Under the pieces are notes generated by a model, which saw only the letters and a program-made list of their open reading frames with translations, was not told the origin of the DNA and made no database searches. A stretch of DNA of 63,800 bases, filler included, from Sphacelaria rigidula (Eukaryota): the NCBI GenBank assembly GCA_964200075.2. It is 10 parts of 10 records of this genome, joined end to end, with 100 filler letters (N's around TTAATTAATTAA, not from the genome) between each part and the next. Parts side by side here need not be neighbours in the genome. Positions count along the whole stretch, not along the records: positions 6,391 to 12,680 come from CAXNAA020020978.1; positions 12,781 to 19,070 come from CAXNAA020020979.1; positions 19,171 to 25,460 come from CAXNAA020020980.1; 7 more parts are not named here. One strand, written 5' to 3'. The position numbers were made by a program, and so were the translations under genes. How positions within the stretch are numbered: the first letter of the stretch is position 1; each line of letters opens with the position of its first letter. Shown in pieces: positions 10,497 to 22,725 of this stretch.

Positions 10497-12680
10497 CTGA
10501 GGAAATGTGAGGGATAGGGGGGATCGCGACGGGAGTCGTGATACCGTCGGGGAAACAGTGACATGCGTACGGGCGTACCTGCCCGCTGCGGGCTGTATGT
10601 TGACATGAGATCGTTACGGCGCTACGTGTACACGGCGTGGGATGCAGAGAAGGGCGAGCATCAACGATCACCACGGGTGAGTCAGAATCTCTGTCAAAAC
10701 GGGCAAGACCATGCTTGCGGGTGAACGGTAAATGTCGTCTCAGACGATGACCGAATGATGCTCACGTCATTTGTCGAAGAGTGAAAATCAAGCTGATCCA
10801 ATGGGGTTTCGATTAAAAAAAAATGTGGAAGTATATCTTGCGTCGAGACACCACCCGTGGCCAGAAGGGGGTTCATCACTCCATTTATTGGGATGGAGAG
10901 ATTGCTACATCGCGTCATCGATGGTATCGGGCGCAGTTACTCAGCAGGTCTACTTGGTGCGAGCAGACAACAACAAAGCAACGTACCGAACTGTGTGGAT
11001 GCAGGTATATTTTCAAAAAAATACGTTCAATGTTCCGACACTTCCGTTGGACTGAACCATCACCTCTCGCATGGCCGGCTAACATCTGAGCAGAAACGAC
11101 CGTACAATGGTGAGATGACATGACAAAAGCGAGAGCATCCACCAAATTTTTATCCCGAAGGGAGTGGGTGCACCGAACGCTGTCTAATACGAGGTTGACT
11201 TGGTCACTATAGATTCCCCATGTTAATCTTCATGTGTGGGGATATATCCCTTGGTCTCCGACTGTAATCACGGCAAGTAGGGTGCTATCAGGAAACTACT
11301 GCCTGTTCCCCTTGTTTGTAGCTCCACTGATGACGGCAAGCGGCAGGAGCAAACGCAAAATATCGGAATATATATTACACCGCAAGTATTCAGCCCCTTC
11401 CGTCAAGAGAACATGCGTGGACAGCGCAGAGGTATGCATGTCGCGCAACACAGTTGGTATGCTGTGCGTACGGGCAATAAAGCAAAATACACTGTACAGC
11501 AGCACACAGTACAGTTCAGTCAGACTCGTAGTTGTCCATTTGGATCTCCATCATCACAATCGAGTGATTTTCGTCGTCACACAAAAGCATGTTGTTGGTC
11601 TGTAGTTGCTTGCGTCTGACGAAAGAAGGCAAATGCCTACTGCCATGACGCGTGTCCAACTTGCCCGGAAACAGACAAGCAGGGGTACAAAATGCATTGA
11701 GCAATGGGCGTAAGGGGAGAAGTAGACAGGTGCAATGGGTCATTTCCAAACAGTAGTGGAAAAGAGAGGTTGTAACCAAAATGGGGTACAATTGCCACCT
11801 CAAGCGGGAGCCTACTCTAATCCTCAAGGTGCCCGAGGTCAACTGCTGCGAGAAAGCCAGCCTTAGATAGTACCGTTAGGTTTTGTACGATGATCGCTGT
11901 AGGCGTAATGGCCGCCGGTAGGCGGGGCGGGTGTTGACCCTTGGACTGCGAGGGTGGTCCATCTGGATTGTTCATACTTTTCTCAAGTGAGAGTGATGCC
12001 GATCCAACAGATGACCTACTCTCGCCGTCCAAGGGTTAAAAACGAATTTATCGCGAGTTAAAGCTCTTGTCCTAAAAGGGTGGCACTCTGTTCTCAACAC
12101 GTTTCAACGCAAGAGCCCACCGAGGTCGGCTCCCCATCCCCAACTCTCAACACCACATACTCGCGCCTGGGCAGCAAGGGTTTGGCAGGGGGACAAACCC
12201 ACCGCTGTGGTTCCACGCGCGGCGCTTGTGTAAGTCAACTTGCGTTCGTCTTGCTCAGTAAGCTGTGGGGGGAGTGTGCGGGGAATTTTCCGCAAAGCTC
12301 AGGGAGATGATGATGAAAACACAACCCAATCACGTCCCGCGCGCCACCTCCAGCACGTACCCTCCCTGTCAAATACATCACACCCTCCAGCTGTCCAGCG
12401 GTAGCTGCGTGTGTGTGTTGATCACATACATGTACTACAGTGTTATAATACTGTTGACGCGCTCACGACTACTGTTTTACTGCCTCGTTAAAATTCACGG
12501 TTGTCATGCGACGATGAAGCGCTACTGATCGTGGCCTATCCATAAATATCGATCACGGGCGGCATATGTATGACAACTGCCTCTTCTATGTGGACGCTGT
12601 TTATCCACAATAAATTACTTCTTCTGTCCCATAAGTAAAGTCCGTTATGTTTATACGAGCCCTTAACGGTGTCCGATTTA

Positions 12681-12780
12681 NNNNNNNNNNNNNNNNNNNN
12701 NNNNNNNNNNNNNNNNNNNNNNNNTTAATTAATTAANNNNNNNNNNNNNNNNNNNNNNNNNNNNNNNNNNNNNNNNNNNN
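12681..12780. other. Artificial contig linker
   Basis: N44-TTAATTAATTAA-N44. Confidence 0.98.
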
Positions 12781-15700
12781 CCGGGGTCACACACACAGAA
12801 GGTCCGTGTTCAGGTTCTGAAACTAAAAACCACTGCATACTGCCGTGTTATCTGGTGTTGAGTGTAGTACTCTGCAGTTCATATACCACTGCAGAGTTGT
12901 CTGGTGCTGAGTGTACCACCCTGTAGTAAAGATAATGGGATCATCTTTTGAGCAGTTTTTTAGCCGTTTCACGAAAGGTTCTGCTCGTTTTTTGAGAGAA
13001 TATGCTCGTTTTTTAAAAAGTATTCCGAAACAAACGAGATTGTTTTCTGTCACAGAAATATATAGCCGAATCTGGCATAGCCTGAGACAACAACCAATTT
13101 GAAAATTGGAATTGCTGCGGCCGTCCAAGGGCTCATAATGTGGTTGTCAGTGCATCGGTGCATCCATATGTGTAGTAAGTGTGGGTGCACGAAGTTCTTG
13201 CCGCGGGGAGGCCGTGTGGACAGCGTGTGGTCAATACTGCAATTAGCTCTACTACCACTGTATTGATTCCCGCGCAAAGACGAGACGTGCCGCCGCTTGG
13301 TGTACATACAGCCTGCATCATGCCCGTCTCGTGTGCCGATTTACACAGCTGGTTAGACAACCCCGGGGCCGAAATTCACAACCAAGGTTACAGAAAAAAA
13401 CGGCTTGATAATAGTAGTCGGTCAGTGCAAGGTACGAGAGGAACCGTTACGCCGCATTTCCCGCGTAGGGAAACATGGAGCCATCATATCTGCACCACTC
13501 TGACACTTCCATCTTAGTAATGTCGATATATGCGTGGGGGTCCGCAAGCCCGGTCGTTGACAGCGTGCGGAAGATGAACTCGGGGTACCCCATGTCCTTC
13601 ACGACGTCGGGAGCACTGATGACTGCAAACAACAACATCCCCGCAGCAACAACACACATGTTTTACTGGCTGTGACAACTCTTCAGTGGTCTGAGGGGTA
13701 GGCGTGGAGGGGGCAGGGGGTTATGCATTTACAGACAAGGGGGTTATGCATTTACAGACAAGTTACTCGATTGTTTTGTCGTTTAGTGTGTGCAGTTCGT
13801 ACTCTGCAATGCTCTCGTGCGCTTCCACCTACGCCAACATACCCTTTTCCGGAATATATCTAATGCCCCGCTAGCAATGTACGACAGAAACGATATCACC
13901 GCCTTGCATAAGGCCTGAAGGGACAATCCGAAACTGATAATATTCTGTTCATGAAAGGATGGCTTTCACCTGTTGATCGGATCCTAAACCTGCGACGTCG
14001 CGAAACCATTTGTCTGCATGTCACGGGAGGAAGTGCGGGTGTGCTGGAGCCTCTTCCTGCCGTCGCGCAACTTAAGGTTGCAAGCGGTCTGTGAGACACA
14101 TTTTCATTACGAGTTATGCGACGGTAGGGGTGCACGTTTCGGTCCAAAGCAGCTTTGAGGCTGCACAGTAACGCCCGCCCAGATATTTGTCATGGAGAGG
14201 CTCCTACTGCAAACAGCATCAGAAGATGAAAATAACATCCCTACGGTGGTATTGCTTTCGGGAGTCGCTAGCGTGCGAGTATTTCGGACTACTCATTCCG
14301 CTCTATCTTCCACTTGAACGGAAATGAAGCGCATCGTTTTTTCCCCTGAGACAAACTCTCTCTATACTGCATGGAACAGCGCAGACATCCCGGCCCCCGT
14401 CAGCCACTGGCGCTTGCCAGCGATGGAGGCCAAACAGGGGGAGATGTTCCTGCACAATTTCAACGGTGGCTCCCGGACGGTATTCCCTAGTATTCGATCG
14501 AGGCCCGCCGGGTGAAAGGATTGTTGTAGAAAAGATATTTCAAAGAGGTTGTAGACGCCGGTGCAGCGGACACACATGAGATATTCACGGGAAAGACGTT
14601 CCACGGGTGGTGTTACCCACAAGCGGGAGGATGAGGGTCTTCATTGCAACACTGCCGTCACGCGACCGTGACGCATTCCGCGGCATCTTGCGCCTTGTCT
14701 ACTGTTGCGCTGCCACTCGGCACCCGTTTTGGCATGGGGAAGACGACACTCTCGAGCTCTTTCCACGCCAGTTCCCCCGCATTTTGTACACACACCCCGC
14801 ATTCCAATTATATAGTGAGACAGCCTGCGGTGGTGCCAGCTCCATCAATATTGGTTTCGAGTCACCTCATAGTCGTGAATCATTGCTCACTCAGAGTCAG
14901 AAGCACCCGACCTAAAAGTACGGTAACCAACGCGGCAATGAACAGCCCTATCGCCAGCTGAGCGTGCGTGGAATGGCATATGAGACCTTACGGCATAAAT
15001 CAACCCCGACCACCTTACCAGCCCTGCACTAAAACCTAGCAGGCTGCTTCTCCCGCTTTGTCGCCGGCGTCACCGATGGTACTCCCCACCCCCCACCTCG
15101 CGAGCGTCTGCCAACATCTGACCTCGAACGGGGTACGCGCGGTGAGCACGGGTGTACCAAACAGGCGAATTAGTGGTTGTTAGTCGTGCATGTTGCATGC
15201 TGGGGTAGGATAACCTGTTCGCCCCGTGCGACCTTGGCACGGTCTTTGCAATAGAAACAGGATCGCCGCGCGGAGCGCTCTCGTCACTCTCCGTGTGTCT
15301 GGCGTGCAAGGGACTTGAGCAATGCCCCGCAAATTATTTCTTCCCATATCTTTCACTTGCGCGGTGGGATTGTCCGCACGCGCCCACCCCCCCGTGTGTG
15401 TACTCCACACCCTTCCTCATCACCGTATGTAACAAGTGCCAAGGAGAAACGGAACGCCGCCAAAAGGACACCAGATAGTGTTCACGTAGGAACGCCACTA
15501 CAGCCACACTCGTCCAGGTGATCTCGTGATACAGAGATAGAGCAGCTGCAACGAAAATCGTGTTTACGACGAACACGGTTGCCTCCTGAATCCGCATGAC
15601 ACCGACAGAGACGGAGGCCGAAATGTTTTAGGCACACTGCGGGTGTAAATCTGCACGCGCCAGCCACTCATTGACATTTTGCGGGCGGTATAAATGCTCG

Positions 15701-17589
15701 CTAAGGTTTGCACTTAACCCTTGATACCTAAGCAGGATCGGAACCGAAGACTGTCGCGGTAGACAGGTTGCGCTCGGGGCCTGTTTACTCAACACCCCCC
15801 GCCCACCCCCCCCCCCCCACCCCCCCCCCCCACCCTCCCCCCACCCCACCCCCCCCCACCCCCCCCNNNNNNNNNNGGATCGGAACCGAAACCTGCGCGG
15901 GTAGACGGGTGGCCCCGGGGGCCTTTTTCCCCAACCCCCCCCCCCCCCCCCCGCCCCGATATGCTCACATGCCGTCCACAAAATTGACATTCGCTCAACC
16001 TGCACTCCGCCATGTCAGTGTCACCCGTTCCAGGCACTGGTCGACTTCATCCATACCGCTCTCTTTGCTGTGGTCAGAACATGTATCCGAGGAGGTGCTG
16101 CCGTTGGTGGCCAAACCGAGCGCCATCAGGTCGTATTATGCACACTACACTCGATTTGCCCTCCCACCCTCTACCGTAACACTTCAGCGTATGAACGGCA
16201 GTGTAGCGTTGCTGGGGTTGTATCGCCCCTTGCACCCTCTGCCCAATGTCGCGCAAGTGCAGCTGCGCCGGAATCTATGCTTCTCCGCCGCGTCAGGGTG
16301 ACATCCACAAATAAGCTGCTTGATTTTGCCCGCAGTTTTCGTCAGTACTGTAAGCTGACGGGGTCGATAGAATCCCCCGAGAAGATAAGCACGCGGTCGA
16401 GGGGCATTAGGCCGGAAAAAAAATTATTGGCTAGACACTGCAAGTGTGGGGAAGGCACTCTTTTCGCCTTGAACGTCATTCTGGTAAAAAATACCTCTTT
16501 ATGAAATCAGCTGTCACTGCTATTTGCTAAGCCTCAACACCGGGCGGTGTGCCGGCAATCAGTTTGTACAGGAGACTGCTCGAAAAGTTATTTGCACTTT
16601 CGATGATAGCCCGCCGTACAGCAGTCATCATACAAAGTGCAGGCCCGTGAAAAGCGACAGAAAGCATCGATCGCTATTTCGCCCTGATTCAAGACGCTGT
16701 ACGTGCAGCAACGATGGTGTATTCAGTTTCCGACAATAGGTGCCGAAGACACAGGCGATAATGCTATGCAGACATGGTGCACGGCAACACAAGCGTATCT
16801 CACCGGTGTCCCCACGGCGTTCGTTCCCTGTTAGTCTGCGTCAAGGTATATCCCGCAACGTGGCCCCGGCGGCGTGTTCATCCTAACCTCCACCTGCCAA
16901 TCAGGACGCGGCAGTGAGCGGTGAACCTACGGTCATTGTGTGTTATGGACTGCTGGTGTCACATATACGAATCCGCGCCACATGCGGCCCTACTTGCAAT
17001 GCTGATTTACACGTCGATGCGGTCTTCCACCTCAGGAGTCGGCATCATCGGTACGTACCGGTGTCGAGAATTGAACGGAATAAAACGTTCGATGCGATTT
17101 TTGGAAAACTCGACGAAACGAGGTTGATATCGATATTTTAATCGATACTCGGGAAATGGCCAAACAACAGGCTTTCTGGTTTTTTGGGCTGTTTTTGGTG
17201 TTCTTGTAGGGTCGTTGTTGATAGCACCGCGACTAGTTTAGGCGCCCTGCTCGTCCTTTGAGGATTCTTCTTTTTCTACGGGGAGTCGGGAAAGGCACGA
17301 CACGGATGTAATTCGCGCGCAAAAAACATGGCACGGGCACGTTTCATCTCAACTCCCACCGGCGGGGGACTGTCATCTTCGATTTTCAGAGCTCACGTCA
17401 CATTAGTTCAATTCTTTCAGCACATGAGTTTTTATCTCTGACCCGTGGTCACGGGATGCAAGGAACTCACCACCGATGACCATAAAACCGAGAGTCGACA
17501 GAGGATGTCTTTGCACAAAAAACTGTACACGAAAACAATCACCCCTCCAAAACCGATCGAGCAACGAGCAACACACTGCAAGCCAGAAA

Positions 17590-17934
17590 ATTACCGGCGT
17601 CCGATCTAAACGCTCAAATCTACCCGCCCTTTTGCTTTCCCCCTCACACTTTCAACCTCCCCCCTTCCTCGGAATGAGTCCGTGGTCTCGAGGGATCAAC
17701 TCACCTCTCCCCTGGTACGCGCCTTTCGTTTTGCTCTTGCGGATCGGGTCAGCACTTCCGCACCGCGTCAACCCACGTCACACAAACTCAGTCGACAAAT
17801 ATGGTTTACCCACGTACTCACGTTTTCCACGGTGGAAATTGTACATAGCGAAGAAAAAACCCAACCAATCGGGAATCGAACCCCCGTTCTCTCCGCCCTA
17901 ATGACAATAGTCGGATGAATAAACCACCGGGGCG
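17590..17934 (-). mobile_element. tRNA-derived SINE, family 1
   Basis: Minus-strand head cgccccggtggttt..ccgact..tagggcggagagaacgggggttcgattccc with a B box; the body is shared with 25823-26110. Confidence 0.75.
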
Positions 17935-18460
17935 CTAGAAGCAGATATTGCCGTGATGTGTTGGGAGCAGTTTAGAACGAAGGCAATATATGACACACTC
18001 TATGCCCCCCAGTACTGGCCCCCGAAAAGTACAGGGAAAAAGAAGCTGGTTTGACGACGTTACTGAAAGACTACACAACGCCGAAAGAACCGGAGCACAA
18101 AACGAGAAGAAACGACGCCGCCAAAAAGTCACAGAGACTGACGGAAGCTGACGTTGACGATGTCGGATCTGACGAAGTTGGTCACGTCCCGAGTGTAGGC
18201 ATCTAGTTTTGGAACGCAGCACGGTATCAAGAAGGTAGACAGGGGGAAGGTAACGGAACGAAGAAACGTGAACAAGCGTGCAGGCTGAAGATTGCACTGA
18301 GGCATGTTGGAAGAAATAAAGAAAGAAAAGTTTGGTACCGACGAGAGCAATCATTGAAGGTGTGAGAGGGCAGGATGAAAATTAGACTACACATCGTTGA
18401 GACGGAGTTGAACAGGGGGACAAGGAATGGCCACTTGTGGTACTTACCGTCAGCGGCGGT

Positions 18461-19053
18461 TTAGCTTCCAGCTCCGCTCCTGGTGGCCGTGGGTCGGCTA
18501 CCTTGTCGGGTCGTACTGTTTTTCTTCTTTTCGAGGGGAGGGGAGATCTTGGTTGGTGGCGTGACGGGTTGGTTTCCGGGAGGGGACAGGGAGTTATCTC
18601 TGACCCACGGTGCTTTGCGCGGTGTCGAATCGTCGTTTCTTGACGCATATGACGCTTTCTCCTTCAACAAGTGTCGTTGGCAATCAGACAGGAGCGTGGC
18701 ACGCGTGTCGTAGAAACAGAGGTCACATCTTATGAAAGCTGGTTCGCCATCCCCCGCCAAGAGATCATAGAGTGTTTTTGGGACAGGGTTGCTGTATACT
18801 CGTAACACGGATGAGTGCACTCCTCGGCCGCTTTCACGAGGGTTTTAACGCACGCGCGGCCGTCCGCATGGGCGTATACCCTGTCTTTACCGCCGGTAGG
18901 ATCGGACATGGGCTGGTACGGGGTGCTGACCCCAATCTCGTCGCCACACGCTAAGCAGAGGAAGGGCAGCTGTTTTCTGAAGCCCTTCGGGACTGGTTTT
19001 AACAACAAATTGTGCGAATTGAGGTTTAACTTTGAGATGAGGTTCAAGCCCAA
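18461..19053 (-). pseudogene. Frameshifted coding relic with CxxC motifs, unknown family
   Basis: Overlapping ORFs 18730-19053 (CLAC..HADGRAC) and 18461-18820 (CDLC..CQRH) join through a frameshift near 18815. Confidence 0.3.
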
Positions 19054-19070
19054 AACAGTGCTTTCCTCAC

Positions 19071-19170
19071 NNNNNNNNNNNNNNNNNNNNNNNNNNNNNN
19101 NNNNNNNNNNNNNNTTAATTAATTAANNNNNNNNNNNNNNNNNNNNNNNNNNNNNNNNNNNNNNNNNNNN
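19071..19170. other. Artificial contig linker
   Basis: N44-TTAATTAATTAA-N44. Confidence 0.98.
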
Positions 19171-19444
19171 CGTACCATTGGGATGTCCCTGAGGAGGATA
19201 TGTGAGACATGTAGCTGTAAACACATGCCAGTGTTACAGGCAAAGAGAACACACAGATAATGTAAAATTCGTGACATTAAAGGAAATGATAAAACCCACT
19301 CTCAATCAACGGTCTACTCTCAGTCTCACGGAAACGTTGGTATTTGCGCTCCTCCTCGAGCTCGACGTCCAGCGCTGTAGGGATCACATTTGAGAAAAGG
19401 GGCCGAATAAGCTACACGGGTGGCCACTGGGAGTGATGCAACGG

Positions 19445-19690
19445 TTGGGGTGCACAAATATTATCTGAGGTAAGAATTGTTAGGAGCCCTTCATCTCATG
19501 CAAAACACGACTTATGAAAATATGTGAAAGTACGCCAGGATCACTGCTTCAATGTGCTGGGGATATCCCGAATGAATTTGCAAACGGGGATGCCCTGGCC
19601 CATATTTTTGTGCTAGAATCGTTAGGAGCTCCTGAACTAGACATAATTTCGCGAAAAAAATGCACCCCTACCGTAGCATTGCTCCTGGGG
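19445..19690 (+). repeat. Dispersed repeat (copies 63445-63690 and partial ~51290-51430)
   Basis: Shared aaaacacgactta..ttcaatgtgctggggatatcccgaat..ggggatgccctg..aaaaaaatgcacccctaccgtag. Confidence 0.8.
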
Positions 19691-19767
19691 TGCCCGTAAC
19701 CTCAACTTTGGACGTTACAGACCTTGTGCAACGTCTGTAACGTCCAAAGTTGAAGTTGCAGGCACCC
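19688..19767. repeat. Short hairpin (~35-bp arms)
   Basis: gggtgcccgtaacctcaactttggacgttacagac / gtctgtaacgtccaaagttgaagttgcaggcaccc. Confidence 0.85.
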
Positions 19768-19775
19768 TAAACAAG

Positions 19776-20065
19776 GTTTTCGTGAGATTGAGAGTTGGGT
19801 GCGGATTGAGAGTGGCTTTGATCTTTCGCTTGAACTTCGCCAATTGTTCATTCCGTGTATGCTTTTCGTCGTCTCATCACTGCCGCCATGTGCTTACAGC
19901 TACACGTTGATACCCTACTCAGGGGTATCGAGGGCCTCAGTGGCAAGCTACTACAGGGAGAATATTGGGTCTGGTGGAGGTGCATTCCGGAACTGAAACG
20001 GCTCATTCACTAATAGGCTGCTTTCCACTCTCAATCGTACCTTCAACTCTCAATTTCACGAGAAC
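19776..20065. mobile_element. MITE family A (~290 bp, TIR gttttcgtgagattgagagt...)
   Basis: TIRs gttttcgtgagattgagagt..gattgagagtgg / ccactctcaatc..actctcaatttcacgagaac. Further copies at 33319-33582, 58386-58660, 63742-63800 and inverted at ~19180-19335. Confidence 0.8.
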
Positions 20066-20599
20066 GTTGTGTTCGTAGTGGTCACCCGTGTAGCTCATAA
20101 TCCGGGTCAGTACAAAAATAAGAAAATAGTTTCCAGGTAGCTCATGCGCTGCCCCACGTGTGCACCAATTGCGCCGCATGGACGAAAACATCACAACAAC
20201 GTAGTTAGCTCGACTATTTTGTGAGTTACCACGCACAGGGGCCAACCCCTGCAAGATACAAGAAGTGCGCGCGCATATAAACCGGCTTGCACACAGTCGG
20301 AGCTCATGGCGCTTTCTCGGTCCGGCAAATGAACGAATGAACTGAACTGAACTGAACTGAAATGACATGACGCCTCTAAAATCATGCAAATCAAGGGAAG
20401 CCCCCGTGAAAGAAGTCCAGAGTACGCCCCCAAAAGGTGAGAAAAATACATACATTGTAGACTGCTCAACACACATGCACACACGCACGCACACACACAC
20501 ACACACAATTGCATTTTACACATCCCTACTGTTCAAGATCACAAGTCGCTCACTACACTGGCCACCCGACACCTCCGAACAAATAGGCATGACACAATT

Positions 20600-21048
20600 T
20601 TTGTTTTCCCTCGCTTCAACGCCCTCCCCTCCCTCGGGACGAGCTCCGTGGTCTCATGAGGTAACTAACCTCATATCTCCCCCGGGACAGTACACCCTTC
20701 ACACCCTGGACAATGTAAAATATTGCAATAGACAATAGATTCGACTCTGTACGCAGTACACTTCTTGGCAATATAATCTTCTGTCCACGGCGTGCACCCC
20801 TCGCATTTTGGTCTCGCGGAGTGATTGGACCAGCACTACTCCCGCACCGCGTCAATTATCGTGAAAACAAATAGAGCCGAACAGACTCCCTGTGCTCCTC
20901 AAGCACGTTTTCACGCGCACAGTGATGGAGCTCAGATACTCTCCTGAAGTAAAAAAACGAAAAAAGAATCATCAGGCGGGCATCCAATCCGGTTTTTTCC
21001 CGCCCTAATGGTGCTAGTTGTACCATTTTAATTTAGATCACCGGGGCG
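20600..21048 (-). mobile_element. tRNA-derived SINE, family 1 (diverged)
   Basis: Shares ccgtggtctc..ccgcaccgcgtcaa..ccgccctaatg..caccggggcg with 17590-17934. Confidence 0.65.
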
Positions 21049-21113
21049 CAGCGACGATCTACCTTACTCCGAATGACACCCCCATCATACTGCATTCTTG
21101 TTGGCAAAATGTC

Positions 21114-21389
21114 GCGAACTTCCACACGTCGGACAGCTCATGAGCTACCTGGATATTACTTGTTATTAGAGTACTGATCCGGATCATGAGCTAGCTCATT
21201 TCGACACCATTTCCGTATTAGCTCCTAACAGCGATGGACGCCGAGCACGCCGTGTAGCGGGAAGGTAACGCTTTGGCTTCTCGGACACTGCTGTAACGTG
21301 TTTTGTGTTTTGGTACAATGGATCTGGGAGTTCTCTTCGATTACTTATTTCAGGTAGCTCATGAGCTGTCCGACGTGTGGAATCTTCGC
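21114..21389. mobile_element. MITE family B (~38-bp TIR)
   Basis: gcgaacttccacacgtcggacagctcatgagctacctg ... caggtagctcatgagctgtccgacgtgtggaatcttcgc. Related fragment at ~20090-20165. Confidence 0.85.
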
Positions 21390-22198
21390 CGGGAATGACG
21401 AGGGATCAGTGCGCTTTGTTACGGTGTGTACACCGACTCCTGAACTGAGAACGGATATGGCAGAATTGTGATACTCTCTACTGTGGGCTTCTGAGTTTGG
21501 ATCCATTGGGGATGGAATCGTATACGTTGTCTGGACGTTCTGACGTCGTGTGTATTCACGACGAAGTGAAGTAGACTACACCAGAGAGTCGTGCTACATG
21601 CTACGATCGGGGGCGGGGGGGTAGGATCATGGGTCATTTCTTCCACGAAATTCCACTCCAAACCATCGTTGCAAGCAGCAACGGTTGTTCGAACGCCCTG
21701 GTTACCGTGAAAGAATGCTCATTCATACTGCTTGACACCGTTTTCATTCAAATACGAGCGCACCGCGAGTGTGTTAGGTCGCCTGACACACCCATGAGCC
21801 CTTTGCTTCGTGGAATCAACCCACCCCCCACCCCACCGTGGCATGACTTCACACTAAATTATAAGTCCCACCTCTGCCCAAGTTCCTGTGGGTTCCCAGC
21901 GCTCTGACTCGCCCCCTGTCTGCGACAAATCACAAAAGAGAAGTCAGCACTAGAAGCAAGTCATTGTTCATGTTGAGCCACGTCGCACTCCGAAGAACTA
22001 TTTTTTCAGAATCATTTAGAGCTTTGGGCGTTGGCAAGCGAAGAAGTACAAAAAAATCCGGGTGATCGTGAAAACTAGCTTTTGTGTATTTTTTTTTTCA
22101 TTCCTTTGTCCTTTTGAAAACCCCTGCCCTTCGTCCGGACGAGTCTGTGACTCAAGGAATCAATGACCCCTATATCTGCCCCCGGTAAACGCCGGATC

Positions 22199-22725
22199 AG
22201 CCTGATCCGGCGAGAACCCGGCGCGCTCCGTCCCGGCTTCGTAGGGGCGGGCCCCCGATGGGGTTGGCGTCGGTTGGCGATGACGCTGTAAAGCACGCCA
22301 CTCACTGCGTCAGCTAGGCACCTAACTTACCGATTTTTTTCTGCGCGCTTACCTTTTTTTTTGTTGCGGTAACCATGATGGTGGTCGAGCTAGATCATGT
22401 TATGCGGCGTGGGAAATCTTCAACTCCGCACAATGAGGATGATCGTACTACATCGTGTTTAAATGGTGAGACACCCATGAGTCAGTGTATAAGCCGTGGC
22501 TGTCTCTGGAAGTGGCGATACCAGAAAATGAAGCAACTCATTGGAGGCTGTCATCCAAACACAAGATGATCAGTAGTCTTGGGGCCGAATACTCTTGGCA
22601 GGATGCAGGTCACCCTTCGTGGGACTCGCCGAACGCACCACGGCGCTTCGCGTTTGGTGACTGAGTGCGAGCCTGGTCCGGCGAGAACCCGGCGTGCTCC
22701 GTCCCGGCTTTGTAGGGATGCGAGG
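22199..22725 (+). repeat. ~470-bp repeat unit bounded by ~48-bp direct repeats; second copy ~24250-24690
   Basis: agcctg(a/g)tccggcgagaacccggcg(c/t)gctccgtcccggctt(c/t)gtaggg at 22199 and 22670. The internal part aligns with 24250-24690. Confidence 0.7.

Noticed and set aside
13447..14800. Possible exons on minus strand of contig 3
   Set aside because: Fragments contain stops, could not be joined into a consistent model, and match no family I recognise.
15734..15960. Apparent duplicated C-rich motif / G-quadruplex element
   Set aside because: It flanks a 10-N gap, and the second copy is a homopolymer-corrupted re-read of the first; low-quality assembly.
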